DNA from: Kondoa subrosea
Lineage: Eukaryota
Reading direction: 5' to 3'
Assembly (NCBI GenBank): GCA_039545335.1
Contig: BCIN01000007.1
Location: forward strand, 124,001-188,000
Length of the DNA: 64,000 nt
A model generated the notes under the pieces. It ran no database searches, had not been told where the DNA came from, and saw only the letters and a program-made list of their open reading frames with translations. Numbering within the stretch: position 1 is the stretch's first letter; the number at the start of each line of letters is the position of its first letter. Of this stretch, positions 44,374 to 58,818 are shown one piece after another. Both the position numbers and the translations under genes were made by a program.

Positions 44374-44991
44374 GGTTGTGCAAGAGAAAGCAGAGGGTGA
44401 AATTAAGAAAGAGGGGCTCCTCCATGATAAGTTTAGCCGACGTGACACGGCGCAGTCCAGAGTTTCATAAGAATCATAACACAAAGTTGGGTTTTTTCTT
44501 TGCTTTGAGCTAGCGACGTAGAGATAACGTTGCTGAGCAGAGCAGAGAGAGTCTCTCGACGATTTAGCTCATCGAAGGTTCCGTGAAAGCGTGACAAAGG
44601 CCAGAAAGCGAAGCAGGGGAACAATTGATGCGTGTGAAGATCCAAGACTGACTCTAGTCCTCTGTCGACAGCCTTTGAGAATCAATAGCGCTCCACTTTG
44701 AGAGTCTATGTCGTTTGAACGAAATTCATGCAGTGTATTCTGCTGTTACTGAAGGCAGTGCAGAGGCTATCGATTGATATGTGAGGGTTCTGTGTTTCTC
44801 TGGCATTTTGGTACACCTGGCCGTTCCAAGTCGAATGCGATAATATTTTGTTCCAACCTCGTCCGCTTGCAATCAAGTGAGACGCCCCTTGCGCTCTACG
44901 CTGGCATCGTACTGCTGAATGGGCCTTCTATAGCTCTGATTTCCTTTCTCCCTCCGACTCTTGGACTGGCCCTTTGTAAATTTGTTCAAAA

Positions 44992-47412
44992 ATGTCGACT
45001 CTAGTTAAACATAGGCCGGCCAGTGCTGCAAGCTCGCACACAGTGCACACTGAAGAAAGCAATGAACCAACAAGATCGTCTCTATATAAAGAGCGCAAGA
45101 AACTCCTCGCACCTATCTCAGTGAATCCATTCACGAAAATTGGCAAACACTCGATTGAAGTCAGCTGGTTAGATCTCTTTTTGGATCTTGCTCTCGTTGC
45201 TACACTCTCTGTCTTTACCGAAACTCATGAAATTTCGACTGGTGTTCAAGCTGCTACCTACGTCTCTTTCTTCACTATCATGTGGACAGTCTGGATGTTG
45301 CAACTGCTTTACGACGCACGTTTTCAAACAATGGACGGCTTGAACACTCTAGCTAAACTCAGTCAAGTTGGTATTTTCTGCTACTTGGCTGCATACTCCG
45401 GGAAATTACAGATCAACAGTTTAGAAGGTCCGACTCAAATCAATAATCTTGTGGAGGCAACAGCAGCAGCAAGTGCTAGGGCTTGGGACGGTCTGATGTT
45501 AACTGCAGCAATAAGTCGGTGGTTGTTAGCTTGGCAATATCTGGTTGTGGCTTTCTACGGAAGACATCAACAAGGCACAGCAAGACTTCTTCTCTTCTTA
45601 CAACCTCTAGTCTGTATCGCAGTTGGTTTCGGCTTCCTCGCGTCCAATTTACTGAATGCTGCAATTGATGTTCAAGTACCGCTTGCCTACGGAAGCCTGC
45701 TTTTCGAAGTCTTCTTCTCTATGGCCGTCGGTCTACATTCCAAGAGCTTTTACAAGCGCAAGAATATGATACCAGAACGGTTAGCCTTGGTGTCTTTGGT
45801 CATCAGTAAGCCCAAATAACCAGCAATGGCTAGATTGGTCTGATGCTTTGAATAGTTGGCGAAGGATTGATTGGGATAACGAAGTCGATGCTTAAAATTG
45901 TTGGATCTCTTGGCTTTCAAAAGTCAGATCAGATTCAGCTTCTTTGCGCAATCGTGATGTTGGTTCAGACCTTGCTAATTTGTGCACTATACATGCTGAA
46001 TTTGTCTTTCATAGCGTCTACACTATCTGGTGGCTACTCTTTTGGTCTTTTGAGGCAAGTCACGAGCGTTGAGAAATTGCAAAAGCTGACTAGCAAAAAA
46101 ACACCACAGAAAGAACGTCAAATATCGAGAACACGTCTTCAGCCCTTTTGGTTTTTACACTTTCCGCTTCATCTATCCATCATACTTGTACTTCAAGCGA
46201 CAAAGCGAGCAATCATACATATTTCGTTCTTACATTCGCTTAACCGGCTTTTGAATCTCTTTGGAATACTCGATGGATATGATACTGATGGTATGTCGGA
46301 TTCATCTACCACGTCGTATCAACTAATAGAGCTATAGCAAGCATACCTCCTGCATTACTCAACAGAGCAAATCGCAATCTATATTTGATGTACGTTGATA
46401 GCCATAGATTTTAGCCTGCTAGCTAAAGAGTTGTCTACAGAGGGATAGATGGCTTGGATTCTTTGACGACCAACTTGTCCAGTACTATCTCTGCAGACCA
46501 AATTGATGCGGTGGTCTTCACTCGAGTAGTAGAGCGACTTTTGGTCGTAAGCATATTATGTCTGGAATTTACCTTGGTATTGACTTTCGTCTTGTGATAA
46601 TTCAGACCTATGGTGAGGAGCTGGACGTATCGCTTACCCAACAATTCGATGCATTGAAAACCAACGCAAATGCTACTCTATCCGATTTGTGCGTATTCCT
46701 ACTTGCCTAGCTTCAAAAGTAGATTCTGATCTCGAGACCCAAAGAACGCGACTCAGTGGTGAAGCAATGTATTTTAGATTTCACCTGAGTACCGATTTGT
46801 GCTAAGATTAATCTTCGCAGTAAAGAGAGTGTCCAACCTGGTCTCTGTGCGTACTATGCTCCTGAAGGAGCTTCTTACTGATGCGGTATCCTCAGATTTG
46901 CTGCCTACTGTTGGAGGCTTCCTTTTGACAAGTCAATTGATATCTTGGTGTTACAAATCGCCTCGAGATTGGGTCGAGTGGTGGACAGGCTCGCTGGTGC
47001 GTGTATCATACATGCACTGTTGATACAATGTCTGATACATGTTGATCATTCAGAGGCTGTTCGTTGGTTTTGTCTGCGGCTTGCTAGGATTACTAAACCT
47101 CATTCATGCACATTATGATGTAATTGTCTTAGCGCTCTGAATCATTGAACAGCGCTAATATGCACGTTTCAGGCTTTTGCTGGTCCATCTACTCCGGCAT
47201 TGACGCTTATGGACGCGGGATGGGCTTTACCCACTGTTGCGCTGATTTTCCTGCTGGTGGTTTCTGCTGAACATGTAGGTTTCTTCTGCTATTCAGTGTG
47301 TGATGAGCTTATCGAGTTACAGTTGATCTTGTATTGGTCACAATGGGAATACAAGAAATCGCATGATACTTCGCAGGCCGAGATAGATGAAAAGGATTCT
47401 GATTCAAGCTAG
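44992..47412 (+). CDS. LtrA-like (low temperature requirement A) multi-pass membrane protein, complete copy
   Basis: WLDLFLDL and ERL...GEG motifs; further hydrophobic exons to ...AGWALPTVALIFLLV...DSDSS*. Confidence 0.8.
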
Positions 47413-47792
47413 CAAGAGGATGAGGGGTTCACCAGCAAGCAGGACGGATGCTGAGACATCAAGTGTGAGATTGTGAGTCTATGCAAGATCATATAATTTG
47501 GAGAGAAAGCCTAGCTGATCGAAAAGCGGCGTTTACAGCGGAATTAATACTGCTAGTCGTCATACAGACAATGGAGAGGTCTTCCTACATTTATTGCATG
47601 CTAAGTATTGGCTTGGAGTCATCAGTCGGACAAAGCAAGCCGGAAAAAGCAAAGCGTTCAAATTGATTGAGCTTGGTCCTCGACCGGTCAGAAGCGTTCA
47701 AAGCCTCGACCTGGTCCTCGTTCTGAACGGTCGAAGCATATCCGTTGAAGCGATACCCTGCATACCCTTTATTTGACAGATAGCCAATCGGT

Positions 47793-49398
47793 ATGGGCAG
47801 GGGACGCCGCTACAGCTGGAAATGGAATGATTCCGAGCGAAATACAGCATACCGTTAGCTATCTCATCCCTGTTCATTGACCCATCCAGAGCTGACTCGC
47901 TCATGTAGTTGGATATGTTGTGACTGATCGCTTGGCCGAGATCATCGCGGAAAAGGCAGCAGAGTCTAACTCAAACTCGCAATTACCTACCTCTGGCTCA
48001 AGCTTGAAAGACTTAATAGCTCCATTCTCGACCAAACGCTATCACCTCGTGCCCGAACTCAAGATTCTTATCATCGATCAGCTGCTGGACAGTCAAATCA
48101 AAAGTCTTGCTTCATTGGCATTAGTATCTCGCGATTGGGCCAAAGCGGTGTATGACGAAACGTCCTGGAAAATCCGCTGTTCAAGATTGCCAGTTCTTGA
48201 AATATATAGCAACTCCTGGTTTTACACCTTCTTGAAACATTATTCATCTATTTGCCGCTTTTGTCTTCGCCTACCTTCAACAGGCTCTCTCTGTCGCAGG
48301 TATAGGCCCTACATGGAATTCGAGCCCTCAGGATGTAGCTGGTGTGGTGGATGTATGCTGCGCATGAGGGTCATGATTGCGAAGAACGGAAAAAGCGTGA
48401 TTCTGAAAGAGAATCGTCGGCAATTTGAAACTGCAGTCTCGATCGACGAATTGGGTCGCTTGGTACAGACTACCAAATCAGGCAATATTTGGATCGTCGA
48501 TGAACATCTCAAGAAGTTCGTTCAAGCTAAAATGAATCGACGATTGGATGAATTGGCGGATCTGATGCTGGAGTATAATGAGAATGATCAAGAGGCCGCA
48601 TTGAAGAGCATGCAACTTGCCGAAGAAAGAGTCAAAGATTTCCAAGAGCGGCACACGCGCTACAACGAGCATCATCTTCTCAACCATGCGTTCGACAAGC
48701 TCTTTCTTTCCACCGATGCACCAATTGCAACAGATTTGTCTCGTTTCACCAATATTCATCACTGTATTAAAGGCGTCCCTCCTCTAGTCATTGCAGAGCT
48801 TAAAAGACAAGGGAAAGAAGAACACGTTCCCAAATTCATCCAAGCACTGGAATGGCTTTTCGATCCTGGTCATGAGTATCATTCTGGAATCTGGGATGAT
48901 CTAGATTTAGATGTCCTCAGACCGTGGCAGCAATATTTGGCTTGGAAGATAGTATCTGTGCAAGAATTCATCGTGGAAGTTGAGAATCCTCGTCGGTCTT
49001 ACGCAAACTGGAAATGCGATGGCTGTAAGAAGTCGGTTGTCACTGAGTGCTCATCAATTTCACTATTAACGTTTCTGTACAGTCAGCCTGCTTTGACCTG
49101 CGCGAATGCAAAGTGCACCCAGTGCTGCGTGTGGACGAAGAGCCCTTGTGCGCGGCATTCCAAAAAGCAGTCACACTTCGAAACATGTACTGTTCTGACC
49201 GGAAGGTGCTCATGTCGCATTGAAAAGGAGATGAGCTGGCAAGGAGAGTACATGTCGAGTGATCCGGAGGAGGAAGAAGACTATATTTCTACTAGCTGGT
49301 CTGTGTATTCACATTCAAGCCTTGGCTTGGCGGTGAGTAGTGGCTTCAAGGGGTTATATATATGTTGCAATGGTCGTCTTGCAGAAGTAAGGATTTAG
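47793..49398 (+). CDS. F-box-like protein with Cys-rich (zinc-binding-like) motifs; ends approximate
   Basis: LVPELKILIIDQLL...LASLALVSRDW F-box pattern; CRFC, CSWCGGC, CDGC...CANAKCTQCC....C.RH. A plausible first exon starts at 47793. Confidence 0.65.
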
Positions 49399-49706
49399 CA
49401 TGTCTGAGCTGGGCGCCGAACACGGACATTGTGTGCGAAATTATTGTTCGCGGAAAACATTTTCATTTTCATTCTCTTCTGCAAACTGTTCGCATTCGAC
49501 TGCATTTCGCCCCCGAGCGCCCATTTATAGCTGTGGCAACCCTTTATGTTTGGAAACAGCCTAAACAGCAGCCATAATGTCCGTCTTTGGCCCAATGCAC
49601 AGATCTTATGACGCTCAATGCAGATTGTTGTTGTAGACATTCCGAGGCGCTCACACCACTCCTTCGATCAGCCAACCGAGATAATACAACAAGAGAGCAC
49701 ATAGAA

Positions 49707-51763
49707 ATGGATAAATACTCACCAGACTCATCCCAACACTCATTCTCTGAAGAGCACGATGTCCCTTTGGTCCTCAATGAAGCTTCAGTCATTGCTGAAG
49801 GCGAAGAGAAAATTACCTCGTATATGATCTTGCTGACTCTGAGCGCTTCACTTGCTGGTTTACTCTTTGGCTATGACACGGGCTATATTTCTGGAGCTCT
49901 AGTCCTTATTGGGGACGATTTGGGTCATCCTCTTACTCGAATCGACACTGAATGGATCACGAGTGTTCTCACCGTCGGCGCCTTGGTTGGCGGTCTGTCA
50001 GCTGGAATCTTATCAGATCTCTTTGGTCGAAAGAAGATGCTCTTGGCATCAGATTGTCTCTTCATTATCGGGGCAATAGCTCAAACAGCAGCTTCAAACT
50101 TTCCTACAATGTATGCTGGTCGTGTATGTCTTGATCGCTGTCATGGTTTGCAATCACTAATCCAAAGGCAGCTTATTATGGGTTTTGGAGTTGGTTTGGC
50201 CAGTTGCATCTGTCCTCTTTTCATCGGCGAAGTCGCTCCTACTATGCAAAGTGCGGACAAAGACATTTTCACCACAGTATCGACTTATTTTCGTTCTTGA
50301 TCAGGAGGCAGATTGACGACCTGCAACGTTGTCGCTATTACTCTGGGACAAGTCATCGCATATGCAATAGGAGCAGCATTCAATCATGTCGCTCATGGTT
50401 GGCGATACGTTGTTGCATTTGGTATCATTCCAGCGGCAGTTCAACTGGGTTAGTCTAGTAATATCAGATCGAACATAATACTCACCTCATCAATAGCTCT
50501 CATGCATATCTTACCTGAATCGCCCCGTTATTTGCTTCGGAACGGCAAAGAAGTCGAAGCCCGAGCAGTTCTGCAAAGAATCTATCCACAAGCAACAGCA
50601 GAACAAGTTCAACAAAAAGTGTCGTTTATCAATGCTGTAGTGCACAAGACTTTGGACGCAGAACGATCTGTACCTGCTTGGACTAGATTGACCAATATGT
50701 TCCGAATAGGCAAAACTAGGAGAGCTTTGATTATTGCTTGTGGTTTGCAAGCTTTACAACAGCTGTCAGGGTTCAATTCGTTGATGTAAGTTTTGTCGTG
50801 TTGCGTAATGGGAGGAAGCTGATAGAGTAGAACAGGTATTATTCTTCGAGCTTGTTCGCTACTATTGGGTTCAGCAACCCTACTGCTGTTGGTGAGTGTT
50901 CTTGAATTATATTCCAGTATTGTGCTGAATACCAGAGCAGGACTGATTGTCGCCGGAACGAATTGTTTGATGACTTGTGTAGCACTTCAGATCATTGAGT
51001 CAGTCTATTCTGTAACAGCTCAATGATCATGCCTGATGATTCTGTATTTCAGTCGAGTTGGGAGAAGAAAGATCATGCTTGTTTCCGCTGCAGGAATGGT
51101 TTTCGGTCTGGTTCTAGCCAGCATCTCTTTCCACTGTAAGCATCTCTTGGTCGCTTCAGCCCAGTTGTGTAGATTCTTATACCGACTTCCGGTAGTCCTC
51201 ACTCGCGATACTGGAGGGAAACTAATCTCGAATCACGACTACCCTCAAACTTGGTCATCTATCGTGATCCTGTCTATGGTCATCTACGTTGCTTTGTATG
51301 CAGTTGGAACAGGAAACGTTCCTTGGTTGCAAGGAGAATTGTTTGGTATAGAAGCCAGAGGAGTGAGTCCTTTCAAGCCTTGTCAGATTGAGATCTGATA
51401 TCTGCTTGTCCTGATACTCCCAGCTTGGAACATCCTTGGCTACTGCTACTAATTGGGGATGCAATCTTGTGATTTCGTCTACTTATTTGCAACTCATGGA
51501 TGCTATCACTCCGAGCGGAACATTTGGCTTGTGAGTCTATTACCCACCTAAAGGTGCAGCAATCAGCTCATGAACATGAGCAAAGATATGCTGGAGCTTG
51601 CTTGATCGGTTTTATATTCATCGTCTTTTGCTATCCTGAGACATGCGCTTTATCGTTGGAAGAAACCCAAAACATTTTTGCTACTGGATTTGGAATCAAA
51701 GCGTCTCGCGATATCAGGCGGGCGAAAGCTGATATTAGGTCGAAACATGCTGCAAGGGAATAA
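49707..51763 (+). CDS. MFS sugar porter, myo-inositol transporter (ITR-like)
   Basis: [50 protein letters not shown] motifs. Confidence 0.93.
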
Positions 51764-51947
51764 ACCTGAAAGCCATATATGTCGTTATTAGTAAATTTAG
51801 ATAGATAGATATAGATTAATGTCATGAGCGCAGCAAACAAACTTCACAGATAGACGTTAGCGGGGTGATGCATCAATACAAATACATTTGCTTTGAGAAG
51901 AAAAGCAAAACTCGGCTCCCAGTACTGTACAAACGTCTTGCTATACG

Positions 51948-52443
51948 CTATGTCGTATTGCCGCCCTTCTTTTCGTGAGCTGACCATTTTGTCAGGATTG
52001 TATAGCTGAAGCAGACTTGGTCACTTACGATTGTAATGTCTTGAAGAAACATCAGTACAAGTAGAACAATCCCATGGAGAGGACTCACAATAGCTTTTCG
52101 ATCAGATCCACATGAGTCAAGACCATTCTTCTACAGCAATATCGCTTCAAGCCCAGTTGATCCAATGCTTCACTGTTCGCACCGCATAATCTCAGTACTT
52201 GGACTGAAGCTTAATAGGCCTTTCAATTCTGACGCACGCATCTGTTGCTCCTGCTTCTACCAATTCTAGATAGGGTTCCCATTTATTACCCACCTGTGCA
52301 TAAATACTCGCTTTCAACATTTTTCGAACATTGAAAGTGAGGTCTAGGTGAAACGCACGACTTTGCCGCAAGAGAAGCAGCGAATAGGAATAATCTAGAG
52401 ACTCATTAACGGACTGTCTAGGTGGGTAATGCGTGCTTACCAT
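51948..52443 (-). CDS. RPB10: DNA-directed RNA polymerase I/II/III subunit Rpb10
   Basis: Spliced [25 protein letters not shown]...[30 protein letters not shown]; the first coding exon is only ATG. Confidence 0.97.
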
Positions 52444-53162
52444 TATAAGGAGTGTGGCAGCTGCAGGTCAAGAGGTGGATTTTGTGATTGCATGCTATTT
52501 GTCTCGTACAGTCACGCTGGATGATCAGAATATACCTTACAGACCTGTAGAAGTGTCAATGGAATACCCTGCTCTGTGATATCACGTCAAACCTCATCCG
52601 AGTGCTTCAAGTCCCGTTTATTGAACAATAGATATACTGCTTTTACCTTGAAGCCAATTGCTAGTCTGTTCTTGTTCTGCGTACTTCCGGTCTATTCAGT
52701 AGAGTACTGGATGATTGCTGCTGGTATCAAGATCTCTGTCTGAATCTGTCTCTATTGCATCGAATTCGCTGAACATTTCTCTATCGCCTGATGCTGTGAA
52801 CTGCTTCTATCCTTGAGCTTCAGAATACTGGAAAGAAGAGCTGCCTATGTACTAGTATGGAAGAAGATTGACTTGAAGTACAGCTGAATCGAGATCTACA
52901 AATCAAGCTTCGTACTTTAACGCCGAGAATGCAGTTGTGTCTCAGGTCATCTCAAACGTACATGATCCGTTGATAGTGCTTGAACTTGTTGATATAGAGG
53001 TCGCTCGCAATCGAAAATCGGGAAAGAGAAGAACCACATTTCAGACAAACATTTCCGCCAGCGGGTATAGCTTTTCCTGCCAAATGGGAGCACACATGTA
53101 CATCCAAGCATATACAAAAGTCATCGTCTCCCTGTCTGCGTCCCAAATTTGGGAATCTCGAG

Positions 53163-54783
53163 CTACTTGCGCGCCAGCTTAGAACAACCCTTAGCACCCT
53201 TGTCAAGTCTAGTAGGACCAGAAGCTCTTGCACTCGCTGTACTACCAGCATTGATTGGGATGGTCGAACCTGGGGATGCTTGAGCGCTTGGTGTAGAAGT
53301 TTCAGCAGGAGATTGGTTCTGATCAGCAAGAACTGGACTGCTTCCTTCAGGTTTCCAAGGTTCTGGACCGGGGATCTTGTAATCCTTGACTTCGCTGTAG
53401 ATATCGATCAAGATGCCCTAAAATGAACATTAGCATTCGCTTAGAATTGTAGAGTTCCTCACACACAGCATCATCAGCTTTGTAAGTACCAGGTATAGCT
53501 AATGAAATGATGAGATATTCGATAATCAGGATCGGGATATTTACTCACCGACAAGATCAGTTCCAGCTGGTTCTGAAGTACCATCGCTGCTAACCATAAT
53601 TTGATGACATTGTATATAGCTGCTTGAATCGTCAACACAAGTGTATTGGAGTCAACGGGACTAACAACTGCGGTTCCTTCTTGTCAGGCAAAGCATTCTG
53701 TAAAGCTAACCATTCGTGTCTCATTATATAAGCGCTGCTTTTGATGATGAGCGTGATTAAGACCGCTTTAGAGCTGGCCACTAACCCAGCTTTGAGTCCC
53801 TGAAGCAAAACATGAGCTAGTCAATGGGGTAATCAGAAAGTAACACTCACCACCGGAATTTTTGACTCATAATACCCTGAATCTTTGACAGTATCTGTTG
53901 CAAATCGAATGGTATCTACGGTATGCTGTGATCACACAGCTATCAGCCAGAGCCTTTCGCGACAAAGATCAAGTATAACTTACCTCGTCGCCTTCATAGC
54001 CTAAGAAACCCATGTCATCGATCTGTCTTTAATCTCAGCGATGATGCAGCAGTCAAGCACCGTACGCACTTTGAACCAAGCCTGCTTGCAAATGAGCCAG
54101 TGCATAACATAAAGACACTTGGAAGCTTACATTGCCTTTGGGAACATAGCTCGTGCAGTCATTGTTATCACACTTTGAGAGGTAGGTCATAAGAGGTCCC
54201 TGTAAAACCTTTGAGCACGGGACTCCTGGGTCGGACTATGCTGAATGAACCTTGTGTCTTCTATTGTAGCCAAAGTGTAGATTTGAGCAAACACACAATT
54301 GAGGTTAGGGATCGCTCCTGACCTGTCGATGTCACTCCAGTATAATTTGATGGGACTGCAAGCCTTCTCAGTGATATCCAAATCAAAACGACATGTGTAC
54401 TTACTCGCCAGCAGTCACACTTAAAAGCTAATTAAGTTCGTGCAAGTAGAGTATGACTGAAGCCTACTTTGCATGCAAAGGAGCAGGAGTATTGACAGAT
54501 GCCTCATTGTTATTGAAGTTACAGGCCATATTGTCAGAAGTCACATCTATGAGAAGTATTGGTGAATAATCAGAAGAGTCATTCTTGCTGCAACATGTAA
54601 CGGCTTACCTGTAGTCGGCGAATTACTGCTGAAGACACGAGTGATGGTATTTGTATCGCCATTTGATTCATAAGGTCTATAGGGCAGTACTTCATTGTTA
54701 CCAAACAAGATTCGTTGAACATATCCATGGGCAGAACAAGATGCGACTACCAGACCCAACGAGAAGAAAACACGAGGTAACAT
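53163..54783 (-). CDS. AA9 (GH61) lytic polysaccharide monooxygenase with Ser/Pro-rich C-terminal extension
   Basis: Signal peptide then HGYV (His1), HKGP, WFKID, YIMRHE.LAL, QFYIQC.QI.V, IPGP. Stop position tentative. Confidence 0.92.
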
Positions 54784-55468
54784 TGCAGTTCAATAGAGCA
54801 GCTGATGGTGAGAAAGAGGAAGGGAATGATAAAGCAGTAAAGTTTGGCAAGTCGTTTAAAGACAAAGGGAGGGATAGAAGATATTGACTGTACAGAGACA
54901 AGACTCTGTCTAGAAGTTGTGCATACAGTAACTCTGAAGCATGAGCAGGGGAAGGCTGTTTTTGAAACCAACTAAAGGTAGCTGTGCGAATAAGCTTCGC
55001 CATCAGACGTCTGAGTGTAAGTTCACGTTTGCCTGTCCGTGTCACATAAAGGCTGTAACAAGGCGAATATAACATGATCGTAGCAATCTTCCACTCCTGA
55101 TGCACGCACTTTAGAGAATGCAAGAGCCAGAACCATCAACTCGAAGATATGGGGGACAAGACAGGGCATAGAAACAGGAAAATGCCCAGCCCGTTCAATA
55201 AGCGAAGAAAGATTTGACGGCTAATGCTGAGGCTGCTCAGCAGCTTCAGCTGACAGAGTAGGTAGACTGAGAGTTTCTTGTTCGCAAACAAAGGCCTGAA
55301 ATGAGTCGCACGTCGTGGTGATATCCATACGCTGCTTCTGCTGCAAGACTCTTCTAGGCTCTCAGACGTGCACCAGATTGCCAGGATCGCGGATTGGGAG
55401 AAGCCTGCAATTTGAACTCAAGACTCGGAAACTTCAAGACTTCTCGAAGAGCTCGATTCTGCTTGCAT

Positions 55469-58191
55469 ATGCAGCTAATCCCTACTATACGCGATGCTCG
55501 TGCTGTTGTGCTCTCTTCCGCTTTATATCGATCGAACAGTCCTGTTCGTACACCTATCTTTTGTTTTCGCTGGTTTGAGTTTTGTCCCAGCTTGTACAGC
55601 TCCAGCGAACATACACCAAAGCTGCGCGTACTCAGCGAAAAAAGACTCCTGTCTCGAAAGCGTTAAAACTTGTCAAGCCTATTCAAGCCAAACCAGTTGT
55701 TTTACGGCCAAGTGAGCCAGCTCCTTTGGAGCTAAAGACGTCCGTAATGGTCTGTTCAGATGCTCTCAAATTGCAAGAAGCTGCAACAAATATCCTCAAA
55801 GAGAATGAAGATCTTCTGGCTGAAATTGGGTTCTTGCGGCAAGATATGAAAGCTATGCGTCATTACAACACCAGTCTAGAGAGTCGTCTAAATAGTACTC
55901 AATCAAAGCCAGCTAATGTTCTCGCGGCTCATTGGAACCCAACTTCAACTTCGATTGCTCAGACTGAGCAAGTAATAGTCACGTGCTTAATTGACGGTGA
56001 TGGCCATATGATGAGCGATACCTTCATACGTCAAGGCCACGCTGGCGGTCGGCAAGCTGCTCTATTACTGCGCGATAAAATTGCTTCCTACACCCAATCA
56101 GTACTTCTTCGCCAGCCCGACAAGCTACTGGTACAAATCTGTTAGTTTTCCTCCAGCAACACCTACTTCAGCTGACGGAACAATGATGCAGATTACAACA
56201 GGGAGGGGTTCAGCTTTTTCAATAGGCGCAGGTCTATTCCATCCACTGTAATAAAAGCGTTTCTGTCGGGGTTCAACGAGTGGGTTTCGTCGCTAGTAAC
56301 CCATCCAAGTATCTAATCTTGTTTCACCTTTATAGAGCAGATGCATCGATACATTTCGTGGACAGTGGTGTAGGTGTCATTCTGAACAGGTGTACTGGCT
56401 GAAATCATTATGTCTCAGAGCAAAAGTCAAGCTGCAGACCTCAAATTGACAGAAGCACTACAGCTCAGTACTACCTGGCCTGCTGTCAAACTAATACTAC
56501 TAGGAATTGCTTTTGATGCCGGCTACGTGACAACGCTTCAGGGCTTGCAAAACAGACATCTGGCAAACAACATTCATATATTAGGTACGCATAAGTCTCT
56601 TGCTTGGCGCAAATTAATTGATCCGTCCAGGCCATGCCCGAACAACAAGGTCAGAATGAAGGTCGCTGTGTTTTGACGGGCATTTCTCACATTGATCCAG
56701 TCGAGTAGCGTCATTGGGCTTGCCAACCAGGTTAGTACCTAGGGAGATGTAGATGAAGATACAAGTCCTGACCTTTCCTTCAGTCCTATATGGAGTGAAC
56801 TCTTTGCGGGTGAACCTTCTCAGGTGATCAAGCACGTAAACCAAATGGAAAGCGAAGCAAGCACGCAGACACCGCAATCCCCGACTGACAAGATCATCAA
56901 TAGTCATGCAACCATGTCTCTTGCCAAATCTTCGAAAGAACAATCAACCCTTACTCCGAAGTCGAATGCTGATATGCTGCAAGAGAATCTATCAACGGAA
57001 GATCTACCTTTAGCGTTAGGGAAACGTTCGGAAAAGTCTGCGACCGGAAAACAAGACCAGAAGCTAAAGAGCGATGAAACAAGCGCGAGGCCTGCATCCG
57101 CGAAGCTGACGAGCGACCTCGGGTAAATCCTTTTTTTAGCGAAATCCGATACAAACTTGATCGCTGCGTAGCCCACAGGCAGAGATGACTAGAAAATCCG
57201 GTGTTGCACAAAACAACCTTTCATCTGCAGATCTGTAGGTGTTTGCATCTGCTTTGACATGGTCTAGTACTTATTTGCGGGATGCTTATATAGAGTTGAA
57301 AGTTCATTAGAAGCCCAGAAGCCGATCCTACGTCAAGTTCAGCAATCACTACCATCTGTGGTTTCCAACGTTGGCTTCCCATCTCCAGCGCTGTATGATG
57401 ATGCGTCTCTAAACCCCAAAGGTCAATCAATACCACTAGTCTCTCTGGATGGCCAGGTCCCAATGCAATCATGCCAGACTCCGGTCATCACTCAGTTCGT
57501 GACTTCTAGGCTAGTAATTGCTTTGTCTAATACAAAGTAGAAATAGCGACGCGTCATTCGCTTCTCATGAACAAAGCAGTAACAATTTCGATCCCAAACA
57601 GCTGGCATACTTCTTACCGCTTCTTTGTATGGCTCGAAGGAGAAAAATTCGGGAAGGGAGGCTTCTCGTTCGTCAAGAACACTTTAAGCTGGAACAACTT
57701 GCGGGTTTCCACATGTGCCACATGTGCCACACAAGTAAACAGATCCACGCTTCGTGGAAACCACAGTCCGGGTCCAAAATTCGTATTGGTTTCGCGTCTG
57801 TCAATTACGTCTGGGTAGGTACATCCTGAAGACTTCGAACAGATTTCTGATCGAAATATCAGGCTGCATTTTTAGAAGGGTTTCTACTTCGTGCGCGCAA
57901 CTGACATGACATATCATTCCTATGCTCACAAGATCCATAGTTGTTAAGCCAGGCGCTACCGAAACCAAACATATTCTGCGGCTGAATCCTGCCTTGACGC
58001 AACAAGTCGATAAAATCGTCCTGTCGCGCTGGTACCCTTCGCTATCTGCTTCTATATACGATGCTACAGCAGATGTTGTTGATCCAGTACCGATCTTCGA
58101 GGACGCAGCTGTAAACGGACAACGCAACCTCGCCTCAGTTAAAGCATTTATCAACGCAGCATCACCTACACCTGAAGCTTCTATTCAATAG
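55469..58191 (+). CDS. NYN/PIN-like (DGDG-type) domain protein with coiled coil and one LOTUS/OST-HTH-like domain, paralog 1
   Basis: VTCLIDGDG...GGRQAA, FLSGFN, FVDSG..K..AADLKL, LILLGIAFDAGY; C-terminal YFLPLL...LRLN unit. Confidence 0.7.
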
Positions 58192-58818
58192 AATTCGACT
58201 ACGGGAAGCCCTGAACATGATCTTGGTAGGTTCTGAAATATTATCTTCGTGTTTTGAATGACTCGGCACAGGCTGGTTGATCTTACGCCAGTTTCGCTCA
58301 AAAGGCACACACTGGATTTGCATAATAGCAAAGATTGGCTGCTGCAACATTGCCTATCTCAGAAGATCTGAAGCAGTCGCGACTTGATTAGGACAGCTAT
58401 GCCCGTTTTTACGGTGCTCAAGCGGAACAATCCTTCAAGCTGCGACAACGTGAGTTCTCGGAATAGGCCACAAATGTATGGGATCACATCTGAATAGACA
58501 GATTTCAGATGACATTGCCTTACTTTCACCGTTTGGCTAATTTTGGGCACGGAGTCAATCTTTACCAGCAATGTATTGAAACACTCCGATGCCTTTACTT
58601 GGTCATATTGTCGACGGTGCTTTTCTTGAAGCCGCAAAATCCTTTGTTGTGATTGCTCATGCTTCGAATTTCGTTCTTCTGATGCGGCTTCTTAGAACTT
58701 AAGTTCGAATTGTTTTTCTGCTCTCTCTTTTTCTTCTCTTGCTGGTTTCTGCTTTGGGATCCAGTCATAGCTTGATTTTGTCTCGTATCTGGTATACCTT
58801 GGCCACATGTACACAGGA

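Noticed and set aside
47640..47730. Two short imperfect repeats (AAGCGTTCAAA, TGGTCCTCG) resembling a Pol III B-box or CRISPR-like unit
   Set aside because: Only two degenerate units, no cloverleaf or A-box, and a eukaryotic context.
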